Source of the DNA: Clostridia bacterium
Lineage (GTDB): Bacteria; Bacillota; Clostridia; UMGS1883
DNA: 64,000 bases
Reading direction: 5' to 3'
Assembly (NCBI GenBank): GCA_017414645.1
Contig: JAFQLL010000017.1
Span: 6,057-70,056, forward strand
The notes under the pieces are model-generated. The model ran no database searches, was not told where the DNA came from, and saw nothing but the letters and a program-made list of their open reading frames with translations. This document shows, piece by piece, positions 41,965 to 53,207 of this stretch (within the stretch, counting starts at the first letter, position 1; every line of letters starts with the position of its first letter). A program made the position numbers and the translations under genes.

Positions 41965-43638
41965 TCAGTTTTCCTCCTTCTTCATAATAATATCGGAAAT
42001 TGAGCCGTTTGCAGGAATCATGGGAAGAACGAACTCGTCAGAGTCGATACGGCAGTCAATAAGAGAGAAGCCCTCTTCGTTGAATGCCTTTTCGCAGGCT
42101 GCCTTTAATTCCTCGGGGTTGTTGGCAACATAGCCTGAGCCGCCCATTGCTTCTGCAAGAGCCTTGTAGTTTGTTTTTCTGTCAAGTGTTGTCTGAGAAT
42201 AGTGCTTGTCGTAGAAAACTGTCTGCCACTGACGAACCATACCCAACACGTTATTGTTAAGCAAAATAACCTTAATAGGCAGATTGTAGCGTGCACAGGT
42301 TGCAAGCTCGTTGAAGTTCATGTGGAAGCTGCCGTCGCCTGTAACCATAACAGTCATTTCCTTATCGTTTGCAATACATGCACCGATTGCTGCACCTAAG
42401 CCAAAGCCCATTGTGCCCAAGCCGCCACTTGTTATAAGCTTTCTGGGCTGCATAAAGTCATAGAACTGTGTAACCCACATCTGATGCTGACCAACGTCGG
42501 TAGCAACCGCGGTAGAGTCCTTAGCGTGCTTACGAACCTCTTCTAAAATAACCTTGGGGTTCATTTCGTTAGGCTGTACAATGCGTGAATATTCCAAGTC
42601 CTTATATTCCTGCACTTCCTTTGTCCATTCCTCATGGTTAAGAGAACCAACCTTCTTTGTGAGGGTTGTAAGAATGGGGGCAAGTGCACCTACAATGCCA
42701 ACATTGCAGGGAATGTTCTTATTAATTTCAGCCTCGTCAATGTCGATATGAATAACCTTTGCATTGGGGCAGAACTTAACCTTGTTGCCTGTTGCACGGT
42801 CAGAAAAGCGTGTGCCTATTGCAACAATAAGGTCGGCAGAGTACATAGACTTTGTAGCGGCAAACCTGCCGTGCATGCCAACCATGCCCACAAAGCTCTT
42901 GTGGTTACGGGGAACAGACGAAATACCCATCATGCTTGTACCGATAGGTGCATCGATTGCTTCGGCAAACTTTAAAAGAAGGTCACTTGTGTCGGAAAGA
43001 ACAACACCGCCGCCTGCGAAGATGAAAGGCTTTTTAGCATTTTTAATAAGCTCAAGCGCCTTGTCAATATCCTCCTCGTCATACTCGGGAGCAGGTAAAA
43101 GCTCCACGGGGGCTTGGGGAGTGTATTCGCAAACATCGTTCTGTATATTCTTAGGAATATCGATAAGAACGGGACCGGGACGACCGCTTGCTGCCAAAGT
43201 AAATGCTTCGCGGATAGTATCGGCAAGGTCGTTTACATTTTTAACAATATAGTTATGCTTTGTGATAGGCATTGTGACACCTGTAATGTCGACCTCCTGG
43301 AAGCTGTCCTTACCAAGAAGGCTCATGCCTACGTTGCCTGTGATTGCAACCATGGGAGTTGAATCAAGGAAAGCTGTTGCAATGCCTGTTACAAGGTTTG
43401 TTGCACCGGGACCCGAGGTAGCGATTACAACACCAACCTTACCGGATGCTCGTGCAAAGCCGTCAGCCGCGTGAGACGCGCCCTGCTCATGGCTTGTTAT
43501 GTAGTGGGTTATGCGGTCACTGCGCTTATAGAGCGCCTCGTAAATATCGAGTACAGCACCGCCGGGATAACCGAAAACAGTATCAACGCCCTGTTCAATG
43601 AGCGTTTCAACCAAAATTTCAGAACCCTTAAGCTGCAT
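41965..43638 (-). CDS. ilvB: Acetolactate synthase large subunit
   Basis: ThDP enzyme motifs (GGLGTMGFGLGAAIG, GDGSFHMN). Start set at ATG 43638 behind GGAGG. Confidence 0.96.
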   Translation of the reverse strand: MQLKGSEILVETLIEQGVDTVFGYPGGAVLDIYEALYKRSDRITHYITSHEQGASHAADGFARASGKVGVVIATSGPGATNLVTGIATAFLDSTPMVAITGNVGMSLLGKDSFQEVDITGVTMPITKHNYIVKNVNDLADTIREAFTLAASGRPGPVLIDIPKNIQNDVCEYTPQAPVELLPAPEYDEEDIDKALELIKNAKKPFIFAGGGVVLSDTSDLLLKFAEAIDAPIGTSMMGISSVPRNHKSFVGMVGMHGRFAATKSMYSADLIVAIGTRFSDRATGNKVKFCPNAKVIHIDIDEAEINKNIPCNVGIVGALAPILTTLTKKVGSLNHEEWTKEVQEYKDLEYSRIVQPNEMNPKVILEEVRKHAKDSTAVATDVGQHQMWVTQFYDFMQPRKLITSGGLGTMGFGLGAAIGACIANDKEMTVMVTGDGSFHMNFNELATCARYNLPIKVILLNNNVLGMVRQWQTVFYDKHYSQTTLDRKTNYKALAEAMGGSGYVANNPEELKAACEKAFNEEGFSLIDCRIDSDEFVLPMIPANGSISDIIMKKEEN

Positions 43639-43658
43639 AAAAAACACCTCCGTTTAGG

Positions 43659-43693
43659 TAAAAAATAAAGCCCTGCAGTACATCCTGCAAGGC
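43659..43693 (-). terminator. Leader terminator (attenuator) upstream of ilvB
   Basis: Minus strand: GCCTTGCAG-GATGTA-CTGCAGGGC followed by TTTATTTTTT, 20 nt before the ilvB ATG. Confidence 0.7.
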
Positions 43694-43703
43694 TTGATAA
43701 TCA

Positions 43704-43811
43704 TTAACGGGAAATGATATAGGACAATCCTGCGAGATGTGCATTAAAAGAAGCGCCGACTGCTAGTGTAAGCACGACGTAGCTTATAATGACAAAAATC
43801 GCGGACATCAT
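43704..43811 (-). CDS. Candidate 35-aa BCAA-rich leader peptide (MMSAIFVIISYVVLTLAVGASFNAHLAGLSYIISR)
   Basis: RBS AAGGGG ~10 nt upstream. 13 of 35 residues are Ile/Val/Leu. The stop is 10 nt before the terminator stem. Confidence 0.4.
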   Translation of the reverse strand: MMSAIFVIISYVVLTLAVGASFNAHLAGLSYIISR

Positions 43812-43844
43812 TAAAATTTACCCCTTTTTGATGATTTGTGCTAT

Positions 43845-43873
43845 AGTTTAACACTAATTAAGGAATTTGTCAA
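43845..43873 (-). promoter_or_regulatory. ilv leader promoter (TTGACA-17-TAAACT)
   Basis: -35 at 43873-43868, -10 at 43850-43845 on the minus strand. Confidence 0.55.
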
Positions 43874-43986
43874 CCGTAAAATCGCAATTTGTGTGTTTTT
43901 TTCCCTTGGGATGTCAGAATAAATTGCTTGCTAATCGTTGGCTTTTATTTTATAATGTATATAATAATGTCAAACGAGGTATTTTT

Positions 43987-45045
43987 ATGGAAAATAAAGC
44001 TAATACAAATTATAAAGCACATGCCGACATTATCCGCATTATGGCAACCTTTGCGGTGGTTTTGTTGCATGTTGCGGGCGCACGCCTTATAAGGGCAGAT
44101 ATCGGCAGCTTCAATTTTACCGTGGCAGCTTTTTTCGACTGTGCAATGCGCTGGTCGGTGCCTGTTTTTATAATGCTCAGCGGCATGCTGTTTTTAAGTA
44201 AGGAAAAACCCATAAACGTTAAAAAGCTCTACACTAAAAACATATTAAGGCTTGTAACCGCCTTTTTATTCTGGTCCTTTGTGTATAACCTCTACAATGC
44301 TTTTATCGAAACAAGGAGCGTGTTCACATCCGTTGCAAAGGCATTTTTAAACGTTCACAACGGGGCAATGCATCTGTGGTTTGTTTTTATTATAATCGGC
44401 TTGTATGTTGCATTGCCGTTTATAAAACGCATGTGTGAAAACCTCACCAAAAGGGAAGCGGAGGGCTTCATTCTTTTAAGCGTTCTGGTAATGTGTGTGC
44501 CCAAAACACTTTCAGCCTTTAAGGCATTAACCCCCCTGGCAGACTATATCAATAAATTCGAAATTACATACGCCGCAGGCTATGTGGGCATGTTCGTTGC
44601 AGGCTGGTACATAGTAAGCTTTGAAAGAAGCAGAAAAGAGAAAATTGTAAGCTATGCCTTGGGCTTGGCAGGCTTTTTGTACATGCTCATAACAACCCTT
44701 TGTTTTTCAAACATAAGAGGTGCAGTAGCAGAAGAATTTATGAGCTTTAAGAGCATAGGCGCCTTTTTAATGGCTTTTGCCGTTATGGACCTTTGCACCA
44801 ATTTCTTTAAAAATAAAGAATATTCAAAAACAACAAAGGCATGCCTTAAGCTTTTGTCGAAGTGCACCTTCGGGGTGTATCTTGTGCATGAGCTTATTTT
44901 AAGCCTTTTCTCGGGAATGGGCTTCTTTGTGTTTAAAAATGTGCCAATTATAGGCATTCCAATAGAGGCAATAATAATTTTTGTAATAAGCTTTGCCATT
45001 ACAAGGCTCATTAACCTTACCCCCATAGGCAAATACATTTCATAA
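43987..45045 (+). CDS. Acyltransferase-3 family membrane protein (O-acyltransferase)
   Basis: ~10 TM helices; N-terminal IRIMATFAVVLLHV motif. Start set at ATG 43987 behind GAGG. Confidence 0.8.
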   Translation: MENKANTNYKAHADIIRIMATFAVVLLHVAGARLIRADIGSFNFTVAAFFDCAMRWSVPVFIMLSGMLFLSKEKPINVKKLYTKNILRLVTAFLFWSFVYNLYNAFIETRSVFTSVAKAFLNVHNGAMHLWFVFIIIGLYVALPFIKRMCENLTKREAEGFILLSVLVMCVPKTLSAFKALTPLADYINKFEITYAAGYVGMFVAGWYIVSFERSRKEKIVSYALGLAGFLYMLITTLCFSNIRGAVAEEFMSFKSIGAFLMAFAVMDLCTNFFKNKEYSKTTKACLKLLSKCTFGVYLVHELILSLFSGMGFFVFKNVPIIGIPIEAIIIFVISFAITRLINLTPIGKYIS

Positions 45046-45058
45046 CCGGAGAATTTTT

Positions 45059-46393
45059 ATGAGACCCATATACGATGCATTAAACGACGAAAAATTTAAA
45101 AACCAGACCCAGTTTCACATGCCCGGGCATTTACGTGGCAGAGGCTTTGAAAATTTTGAAATAAGCCCGCAAATGGACGTTACCGAGCTTTTTGAAACCG
45201 ACGATTTGCACTCGCCCGAGACTGTTATAAAAAAGTCACTTGAAAACGCCGCAAGGGTTTTCGGGGCAGATAAGGCGTACTACCTTGTTAACGGCTCCAC
45301 TGCAGGTGTTCTTAGCATGGTTTTGGGCTTTGTTTGTGAGGGCGAAAAAATAATTGCTGACCGCTTTTGCCACAAAAGCTTTGTTTCTGCTCTTGCACTT
45401 TCAGGGGCAGTGCCTGTGTGGGTAAAGCCGCGCCTTATGGAAAAGGGTACCATGTGGTCAGGCTGCACAAAGGAAGACATTGAAAAAGCCATAAAAGAAA
45501 ACCCCGATGCAAAGGCGGTTTACATAACAGCCCCAAACTATTTCGGCTTTATGGAGGACATTGGCGCCATTGCCGATACGGTTCATAAAAATGGTATGTA
45601 TCTTCTGGTTGACGGTGCCCACGGCGCCCACTACGGCATGAGCGAAAAGCTGCCGCCCGGCGTTATGGCACTTGGTGCCGATGCTGTGTGCATGAGCCTT
45701 CACAAAACATTGCCAAGCCTTACCCAGACGGCAATCCTTTTAACAAAGGGCACACATGAAAGGGTAGAGGCAGCCTTAAGAATGGTGCAGACCTCGTCGC
45801 CCAGCTATCTTTTCACTTCAAGCTGTGAATACGCTGTGGAGTATTACGAAACCTGCCCCAAGGAAAAGTGGGATGCTCTCTACGAAAACGTAAAGAAATA
45901 TTTTCCTGAACAGACAGATTGCAAAAATGCTATTTATAAGGACTTTTCGCGCCTTAACATAAAAACAAAGGGAAGCGGCTTTCACCTTGCCAAAACTCTG
46001 CGTGAAAAATATAACATTGCGGTGGAATGTGCCTACGGGCAGGGGGTTATTGTCATTCTTACACCCTTCCACAGTGAGGAAGAAATTAAAAGCCTTAAAG
46101 CCGCTGTTGATAAAATAGAAACTGTTGACGAAGAAATCAGCATAATACCATTTGAAACAAAAGCTGTTAAAACTGTACGCGAGGCGTTTTTTGCAAAAAA
46201 GAAAGAGGTAAAGCTTAATGATGCGGTGGGCAAAATTTCTGCTTCGGGCATTATGGTTTACCCTCCGGGCATTTACCAGATCCTGCCCGGGGAAGAGATA
46301 ACAAAAGAAGCGGTAGACGCAATAAACATGCTCATAGCCAAGGGGGCAGAGGTCCCCACGGTTAAACATTCAAATTGCTTGATTTTTGAATGA
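45059..46393 (+). CDS. PLP-dependent Orn/Lys/Arg decarboxylase-family protein (YaaO-like)
   Basis: FHMPGH N-terminus; SLHKTL PLP-lysine motif. Conserved position upstream of holB. Confidence 0.85.
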   Translation: MRPIYDALNDEKFKNQTQFHMPGHLRGRGFENFEISPQMDVTELFETDDLHSPETVIKKSLENAARVFGADKAYYLVNGSTAGVLSMVLGFVCEGEKIIADRFCHKSFVSALALSGAVPVWVKPRLMEKGTMWSGCTKEDIEKAIKENPDAKAVYITAPNYFGFMEDIGAIADTVHKNGMYLLVDGAHGAHYGMSEKLPPGVMALGADAVCMSLHKTLPSLTQTAILLTKGTHERVEAALRMVQTSSPSYLFTSSCEYAVEYYETCPKEKWDALYENVKKYFPEQTDCKNAIYKDFSRLNIKTKGSGFHLAKTLREKYNIAVECAYGQGVIVILTPFHSEEEIKSLKAAVDKIETVDEEISIIPFETKAVKTVREAFFAKKKEVKLNDAVGKISASGIMVYPPGIYQILPGEEITKEAVDAINMLIAKGAEVPTVKHSNCLIFE

Positions 46394-46440
46394 ATATGTG
46401 ATACAATAATTTGAACGTATTTTAAGGAAGGGTTTTAGCC

Positions 46441-47445
46441 GTGGCAGATTTTTTCATACCCGGTCAGAAGGCACGCGAGGTGCTTAAGCGGGACATACAA
46501 ATGAATACCGTCCGTCAGGGCTATATTTTTGAAGGTAGTGACGGCATTGGCAAAAAAACCGTTGCAAGAGAATTTGCACAGATGATTTTTTGCTCCGGTG
46601 ACAATAAGCCCTGCGGAAAGTGCCATGGCTGCAGCATGTTTAATGCGGGCAGTCATCCCGACTTTTTCGTATTGGACCAGTCGCCTGTTAAAATCGATTC
46701 GGTGAGGGACATGAACGCAGAGCTTTTTGTAAAGCCCCTCATAGCCGAAAGAAAGGTTTTTATCGTTGATCATGCCGACGAAATGAATAACGAAAGCCAG
46801 AATGCGTTCTTAAAATCCTTCGAGGAGCCGCCTTACTACGCAGTTATAATTCTTATAACAAGTAGCCTAAGTAAGCTTCTGCCCACAATACTTTCCCGTG
46901 GCACAAAGGTTTCCTTCAACCCCTTTTCACAAAGGGAAATTGAAAAATTTGTGTCGGATAAGTATTCTCTTACAGGCGCAAGGGCAAGCTTTGTTGCACG
47001 CTACAGTGCAGGCATTGTTGGCAGGGCAGTCGAAATCTGCGAGGATGAAGACATTTTGGAAAAGCGTGATGGCATTATTAAAGCCATTTCAAAGCTGTCA
47101 CACGAAAAGGTTTCCATTTTGGAATTAAGCCGTGCAATGGGTGCAACAGGAAGAGAGGCACCCACAGATGCGGATTTTTATTTCGATGTATTCTCTTCAT
47201 TTTTCCGCGACGTTGCTGCAATAAAGGCAGGCGGAAACATTATTAATACCGACTATAAAGACGTTATTGAAAGCTTTGCCGCCAATATACGTGGCTCATC
47301 GGCAAGAGGCGTTGTGGAAATTGTTTCACAAACAAAAAGTGACATGAGCGCAAACATAAAGGCAAAAATGAAATACGACTTATGGATAATAAATATGCTT
47401 ATAAAGTGCTGGGAGGAAATATATGGTACAGGTAATAGGAGTTAA
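46441..47445 (+). CDS. holB: DNA polymerase III delta' subunit
   Basis: GIGKKT P-loop-like motif; zinc module CGKCHGC; SRG/T motif LSRGTKV. Confidence 0.88.
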   Translation: MADFFIPGQKAREVLKRDIQMNTVRQGYIFEGSDGIGKKTVAREFAQMIFCSGDNKPCGKCHGCSMFNAGSHPDFFVLDQSPVKIDSVRDMNAELFVKPLIAERKVFIVDHADEMNNESQNAFLKSFEEPPYYAVIILITSSLSKLLPTILSRGTKVSFNPFSQREIEKFVSDKYSLTGARASFVARYSAGIVGRAVEICEDEDILEKRDGIIKAISKLSHEKVSILELSRAMGATGREAPTDADFYFDVFSSFFRDVAAIKAGGNIINTDYKDVIESFAANIRGSSARGVVEIVSQTKSDMSANIKAKMKYDLWIINMLIKCWEEIYGTGNRS

Positions 47446-48292
47446 ATTTAAAAGAGTGGGCAAGACCTACTACTTTTCACCTAACGGAACAAACCCCAAG
47501 GTTGGCGACGACGTAATTGTTGAAACAGCCCGTGGTGTTGAATACGGCAGAGTTGCAATGGCTATAAAGGAAGTGGAGGACGACGAAATTGTTGCACCCT
47601 TAAAGCCCATTATCCGTGTTGCAACACCCTCTGATGCCGTAACACTTGAAGAAAACAAGAAAAAGCAGGCAGATGCTTTCAAAATATGCGAAGAAAAAAT
47701 TGCAAAGCATAACCTTGAAATGAAGCTTGTTGACGTTGAATACACCTTCGACTGCAACAAAATTCTTTTTTACTTTACTTCAGACAAGCGAGTTGACTTC
47801 CGTGAACTGGTAAAGGATCTGGCAAGCGTTTTCAGAACAAGAATAGAATTAAGACAGATTGGTGTGCGTGACGAAGCTAAAATGCTTGGCGGCTTAGGCG
47901 TGTGCGGCAGAAACCTCTGCTGTGTTCAGTACCTTGACGACTTCCAGCCTGTTAGTATTAAAATGGCAAAGGAGCAGGGCTTAAGCCTTAACCCCACAAA
48001 AATTTCGGGCAACTGCGGCCGTCTTATGTGCTGTTTAAAGTATGAGCAGGACTGCTACGAGGAGCTTTTAAAGGTTACCCCCAGAGTGGGCGCAATTGTT
48101 TCCACCCCTAAGGGGAAGGGTAACGTTGTTTCCGTTTCACTTCTTAAGGAGAAGGTAAAGGTGCTCCTTAACGGTGACGAGGGCGACGTTGCAGAATTTG
48201 ACGTAAACGATATTAAAATTATCCGCGATGGTAAAAAGGTGCGCGACGAAGAGGAATTTTCTGAAAAGGAACTTAAAGCCATAGAGGATTAA
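47423..48292 (+). CDS. ricT: PSP1-domain protein RicT (YaaT, stage 0 sporulation)
   Basis: PSP1 C-terminal domain with CCxxYL and CGRLMCCLKYE Cys motifs. Confidence 0.9.
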   Translation: MVQVIGVKFKRVGKTYYFSPNGTNPKVGDDVIVETARGVEYGRVAMAIKEVEDDEIVAPLKPIIRVATPSDAVTLEENKKKQADAFKICEEKIAKHNLEMKLVDVEYTFDCNKILFYFTSDKRVDFRELVKDLASVFRTRIELRQIGVRDEAKMLGGLGVCGRNLCCVQYLDDFQPVSIKMAKEQGLSLNPTKISGNCGRLMCCLKYEQDCYEELLKVTPRVGAIVSTPKGKGNVVSVSLLKEKVKVLLNGDEGDVAEFDVNDIKIIRDGKKVRDEEEFSEKELKAIED

Positions 48293-48304
48293 CGGAGGAA
48301 TAAC

Positions 48305-49261
48305 GTGAAAATAGCACTGCTTGATGCAATGACCTTAGGAAGCGACATTTCGCTTTTACCCATTACAGGTCAGGGCGAATGTATAATTTATGAAAATATC
48401 GACGATAAGGATATTGCCGCAGCTCTCATTGATGCGGACGTATGCGTTACAAACAAGAAGCTTTTAGGCGAATTTAACCTTAAGGATGCTAAAAACCTTA
48501 AGCTTATCTGCCTTACAGCCACAGGCTATAACAATGTTGACGTGGAATACTGCAAAAAGCGGGGCATTAAGGTAAGGAATGTGCCCGGCTACTGTAAGGA
48601 AAGCGTTTGTCAGCATACCTTTGCACTTTTATTAAGTTTGATGGAGTCCATGTCCTATTACGACAATTTCGTAAAGGACGGCAGTTATACAAAAAGCGGT
48701 TTAGCTAACCACCTTGCAATGCCCTTTGACGAAATATGTTCAAAAACCTGGGGCATTATCGGCATGGGCGGCATCGGCAAAGAGGTAGCTAAGGTTGCCA
48801 CAGCCTTCGGTGCACGTGTTATTTATGCGCCCGTTTCGGGCAAAAGCCGTAAGGAAGATTACGAAGAGGTAACCCTTAGTGAGCTTTTTAAACAAAGCGA
48901 CATTATTTCCATTCATTCACCCCTTAACGAAAAAACAAAAAACCTGGTGAATATGGACAAAATAAAGCTCATGAAAAAGAATGCGGTAATTGTTAACGTT
49001 GGAAGAGGCGCCATTGTCAATTCACGCGATTTGGTAGAAGCGGTTGAAAATGGCATGATAAAGGGCGCAGCTATCGACGTTTACCCCACAGAGCCACCTT
49101 GTGCAGACGACCCCTTTATGAACCTTAAGCACCCCGAAAGGTTTGTGCTTACACCTCATATTGCATGGGCATCGCTTCCTGCAAGACAGCGCTGTGTGGA
49201 CGTTGTGGGCGAAAACATACTTGCTTTAATTGAAAACAGAGGATGTAATGACGTATGGTAA
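48305..49261 (+). CDS. D-isomer-specific 2-hydroxyacid dehydrogenase
   Basis: NAD motif GIIGMGGIGKEVA; catalytic R...E...H layout; GTG start. Confidence 0.88.
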   Translation: MKIALLDAMTLGSDISLLPITGQGECIIYENIDDKDIAAALIDADVCVTNKKLLGEFNLKDAKNLKLICLTATGYNNVDVEYCKKRGIKVRNVPGYCKESVCQHTFALLLSLMESMSYYDNFVKDGSYTKSGLANHLAMPFDEICSKTWGIIGMGGIGKEVAKVATAFGARVIYAPVSGKSRKEDYEEVTLSELFKQSDIISIHSPLNEKTKNLVNMDKIKLMKKNAVIVNVGRGAIVNSRDLVEAVENGMIKGAAIDVYPTEPPCADDPFMNLKHPERFVLTPHIAWASLPARQRCVDVVGENILALIENRGCNDVW

Positions 49262-49917
49262 AGGGTGTAATTTTTGACCTTGACGGTACACTTATTGATA
49301 CAATAGAAGGGCTTGCAAATTCCGTAAATGCGGCTATGGATTTTTACAATTTCCCAAAGCACAGCATTGAAAAGTACAGAAGCCTTGTAGGTAACGGTGT
49401 GGGCAAGCTTGTTGAAAGAGCTCTCCCCGAGGATAAAAAGCATCTCAAAGACGAGGCGCGAAAAATTTTTGAAAAGCATTACACCGAAACAATGCTCAAT
49501 ATTCTGCCCGTATATGACGGCATAGAGGAGCTTTTGGCTTATCTTATAAAAAACAATATTAAAATAGCCGTAAACACCAACAAAATGGACGTTTTCGCAA
49601 AGCCTATGATAAAAAAGGTTTTCGGCGACATGTTCTTTGAGGTATTAGGCGAGGTTTCACATTTTGAAAGAAAGCCTTCACCCGATGGTGTGAACTATCT
49701 TCTTGAAAAAATGGGCATCGACCGCACCGAGTGCCTTTATGTGGGCGACAGTCAGGTTGACATTAAAACTGCCCGCAATGCACAAATGCGCTGTGTGAGT
49801 GTTACATGGGGGTTTGCCACAATGGATGTACTATTGGCAAACGAGCCTGAAATTTTGGTGTCTGACCCCCGTGAAATTATAGATTTGATTGAAAGGGAAA
49901 ACTACAATGCAGGATAA
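49255..49917 (+). CDS. HAD-family hydrolase (phosphoglycolate phosphatase-like)
   Basis: [10 protein letters not shown] motif I; VGDSQVDI motif IV. Confidence 0.85.
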   Translation: MVKGVIFDLDGTLIDTIEGLANSVNAAMDFYNFPKHSIEKYRSLVGNGVGKLVERALPEDKKHLKDEARKIFEKHYTETMLNILPVYDGIEELLAYLIKNNIKIAVNTNKMDVFAKPMIKKVFGDMFFEVLGEVSHFERKPSPDGVNYLLEKMGIDRTECLYVGDSQVDIKTARNAQMRCVSVTWGFATMDVLLANEPEILVSDPREIIDLIERENYNAG

Positions 49918-51709
49918 TATTCGTAATTTCAGCATTATTGCGCATATTGACCACGGTAAGAGCACACTGGCTGACCGCCTTTTAGAGCTCACAGGTGTGG
50001 TTGAAAAGCGCGACATGGAAGAACAGCTTCTTGATAACATGGAGCTTGAAAGAGAAAGAGGCATTACAATCAAGGCAAGAGCCGTAAGGCTTAACTACAA
50101 AGCCAACGACGGCAAGGACTATGTTTTAAATCTTATCGACACGCCCGGCCACGTTGACTTTAACTACGAGGTTTCGCGTTCCTTAGCAGCCTGCGAGGGT
50201 GCACTCTTAGTTGTAGATGCGGCACAGGGCATCGAAGCACAGACCCTGGCAAACACCTACCTTGCACTTGACCACAACCTCGAAATTCTGCCTGTTATAA
50301 ATAAAATTGACCTGCCAAGTGCACGTCCTGAGCATGTTATAGGCGAAATTGAAGACATTATCGGCATTCCTGCCGAGGATGCACCCAGAATAAGTGCAAA
50401 AACAGGTCTTAACGTTGAAAGCGTGCTTGAATATGTTGTAAATAACATTCCTGCACCTACAGGCGACGAAAATGCACCTACAAAGGCTCTCATTTTCGAC
50501 TCCTACTACGACTCCTACAAGGGCGTTATTGTATATATCAGAGTAATTGACGGCTACATTGAGCCGGGCATGAAAATCCGCTTTATGGCAACAGGCAAGG
50601 AATTTGACGTTGTTGAAACAGGCTACCTCATGCCCTCGGGCACAAAAAGTGCCGACCGCCTTTCTGCAGGCGAGGTTGGCTACATTGCCGCAAGCATAAA
50701 GAACGTGCAGGACACACGTGTGGGTGACACGGTTACAAACGCCGATAAGCCTGCTCCCGAGGCGCTTCCCGGCTACAGAAAGGTAAACCCCATGGTTTAC
50801 TGCGGTATTTACCCTGCCGACGGCGCAAAGTACGGCGACTTACGAGAAGCCTTGGAAAAGCTTCAGCTTAACGACGCATCTCTTTTGTTCGAGCCCGAAA
50901 CAAGTGTGGCGCTGGGCTTTGGCGTCCGCTGCGGTTTCCTTGGTCTTTTGCACATGGAAATCATTCAGGAGCGCCTTGAAAGAGAATTTAACTTAGACCT
51001 TGTTACAACTGCACCCAGCGTTGTTTACATGGTGCACACAACAGCAGGCGAGGTACTTGACATTTCCAACCCCACAAACCTGCCTCCCGTTACCGAAACA
51101 GACTATATTGAAGAGCCCATTGTTGATGCTCACATTTTTGTGCCCACCGACTACGTTGGCTCTATCATGACCCTTTGCCAGGAGAGACGAGGCAACTACC
51201 TTGGCATGGAATATATCGACGAAACAAGAGCCGACATTCACTACGAGCTGCCACTTAACGAAATCATTTACGACTTTTTCGATGCATTGAAGAGCCGCAG
51301 CCGTGGCTATGCATCCTTCGACTATGAGCTTAAGGGCTATGTAAAGAGCAGCCTCGTTAAGCTTGACATTTTATTAAACGGCGACATGGTTGATGCTTTA
51401 AGCTTCATTGTGCACGAATCAGGTGCATACGCACGTGGCAGAAAAATTGCCGAAAAGCTTAAGGAATCCATACCCCGTCAGCTTTTCGAAATTCCCATTC
51501 AGGCGGCAATCGGCGGCAAAATTATTGCACGTGAAACCGTTAAGGCAATGCGTAAGGACGTTCTTGCAAAGTGCTACGGCGGTGACATTACCCGTAAGAA
51601 GAAGCTTTTGGAAAAGCAGAAGGAAGGTAAAAAGAGAATGCGCCGTGTGGGTACTGTTGAAGTGCCTCAGGAAGCCTTCATGGCTGTATTAAAGCTCGAC
51701 GATGAGTAA
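49907..51709 (+). CDS. lepA: Translation elongation factor 4
   Basis: [21 protein letters not shown]-domain and the LepA C-terminal domain. Start set at ATG 49907. Confidence 0.97.
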   Translation: MQDNIRNFSIIAHIDHGKSTLADRLLELTGVVEKRDMEEQLLDNMELERERGITIKARAVRLNYKANDGKDYVLNLIDTPGHVDFNYEVSRSLAACEGALLVVDAAQGIEAQTLANTYLALDHNLEILPVINKIDLPSARPEHVIGEIEDIIGIPAEDAPRISAKTGLNVESVLEYVVNNIPAPTGDENAPTKALIFDSYYDSYKGVIVYIRVIDGYIEPGMKIRFMATGKEFDVVETGYLMPSGTKSADRLSAGEVGYIAASIKNVQDTRVGDTVTNADKPAPEALPGYRKVNPMVYCGIYPADGAKYGDLREALEKLQLNDASLLFEPETSVALGFGVRCGFLGLLHMEIIQERLEREFNLDLVTTAPSVVYMVHTTAGEVLDISNPTNLPPVTETDYIEEPIVDAHIFVPTDYVGSIMTLCQERRGNYLGMEYIDETRADIHYELPLNEIIYDFFDALKSRSRGYASFDYELKGYVKSSLVKLDILLNGDMVDALSFIVHESGAYARGRKIAEKLKESIPRQLFEIPIQAAIGGKIIARETVKAMRKDVLAKCYGGDITRKKKLLEKQKEGKKRMRRVGTVEVPQEAFMAVLKLDDE

Positions 51710-52754
51710 GGGCATTTACGTTCACATTCCCTTTTGTGTAAGAAAATGCCTCTATTGCGATTTTTGCTCAACGGCAGATTGGAAATTGCAAGAGGAATAT
51801 GTGAACGCATTAATAAAGGAAATTAAAGAGCATAAGGGCACTTGTGCCGACAGCGTTTTTATAGGCGGCGGCACACCAACCACTTTGGGCGAAAGGCTTA
51901 TTGAGGTTATAGCCGCCATAAAGGAAAGCTTCAATTTAAAAGAAGGGTACGAATTTACCGTTGAGGCAAACCCCGGCACGGTTGATTTAAGCCTTCTTCA
52001 GAAAATGAAGGCGGCAGGCGTTAACCGCTTAAGCCTTGGGGTGCAGTCCTTTAGCGATAATGAGCTTAAAGCCTTGGGGCGTATCCATACAGCAAATGAG
52101 GCTGAAGAAGCCTTTCACATGGCACGCGAGGCAGGCTTTGACAATATAAATATTGACCTTATGCTGTCAACACCGCACCAAACAATGGAAAGTGTTAAGC
52201 ATACCATTGACATGGTGGAAAAATTAAACCCTGAGCACATTTCTGCCTATTCATTAATAATAGAAGAGGGCACACCCTTTTACGATATGGACCTGCCCCT
52301 TCCCGACGAGGATGTGGAGAGGGAAATTTACCACTACACGGTACAGCGCCTTGATGCCCTGGGCTACAGCCGCTACGAAATTTCGAACTTTTCGAAGAAG
52401 GGCAAGGAATGCAAGCACAACATTAAGTACTGGACCGGCGAGGAATACCTTGGCGTAGGCGTAGCAGCAGCCTCCTATACGGGTAACTGTCGCTACACAA
52501 ACACCTGCGACATTTCTTCCTATATAAATGGCGAAAGGTACTCGGAAAAAGAATTTATCGATAAAGAAGAACAGCTCAAGGAAAGGTTTATGCTTGGGTT
52601 AAGAATGAGCCGTGGCGTAAAATATAACGGCGAATTTAAAGAAAAAATAGAAAAGCTTATTGCCCAGGGGCTTTTGTGTAAGTGCGACGGCTATGTGCGC
52701 CTTACAGAGAAGGGCTTCGACTTAGGCAATTTGGTTTTTATGGAGTTTGTTTAA
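51702..52754 (+). CDS. hemW: Radical SAM heme chaperone HemW (HemN-like)
   Basis: [16 protein letters not shown] cluster motif; HemN_C-like tail. Confidence 0.9.
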   Translation: MSKGIYVHIPFCVRKCLYCDFCSTADWKLQEEYVNALIKEIKEHKGTCADSVFIGGGTPTTLGERLIEVIAAIKESFNLKEGYEFTVEANPGTVDLSLLQKMKAAGVNRLSLGVQSFSDNELKALGRIHTANEAEEAFHMAREAGFDNINIDLMLSTPHQTMESVKHTIDMVEKLNPEHISAYSLIIEEGTPFYDMDLPLPDEDVEREIYHYTVQRLDALGYSRYEISNFSKKGKECKHNIKYWTGEEYLGVGVAAASYTGNCRYTNTCDISSYINGERYSEKEFIDKEEQLKERFMLGLRMSRGVKYNGEFKEKIEKLIAQGLLCKCDGYVRLTEKGFDLGNLVFMEFV

Positions 52755-52763
52755 GAGGTACAC

Positions 52764-53207
52764 ATGACAGCTAAAGATTATGCCGTAAAGCTATTAGGCT
52801 TTTGCGACAGAAGCGAAAAAGAAATACGTGAAAAAATAACAAAAAAAGGCTATAGTGAAACCGAATGCGAGGAGGCTATAGCTTTTTGCCGTAGCTACGG
52901 CTACCTTGACGACGGCCGTTACGCAGAGCATTTTGTAAACGATAGTGTTAACTTAAAAAAGCACGGCAAGGCACGCATAAAAATGGAATTAAGGCAAAAG
53001 GGCATCGACGAAAGCCTTATAGAGGAAGCTATCTCCTCCATTGAAGACGAAAGCGAAATGCTTAAAAGTGAAATGGAGCGCCGTTTTGGAGGTTATGATT
53101 TTACCGATAAAAAGGTAAAAAACAAGGTTTTTAATTTTTTCATGCGCCGTGGCTTTTCAGCACGCGACATACTTAACGCAATGAATGCGGAGGAAGATTA
53201 TGAATAA
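52764..53207 (+). CDS. recX: Regulatory protein RecX
   Basis: Three-repeat helical RecX layout (A..LL..R..SE.E...KL..KG). Confidence 0.75.
   Translation: MTAKDYAVKLLGFCDRSEKEIREKITKKGYSETECEEAIAFCRSYGYLDDGRYAEHFVNDSVNLKKHGKARIKMELRQKGIDESLIEEAISSIEDESEMLKSEMERRFGGYDFTDKKVKNKVFNFFMRRGFSARDILNAMNAEEDYE

Noticed and set aside
43648-43873. T-box riboswitch upstream of ilvB
   Set aside because: The leader is only about 190 nt. I could not find the conserved T-box sequence, AGAGA/GNUGGNA-type boxes or a specifier loop. The leader-peptide model is reported instead, at modest confidence.
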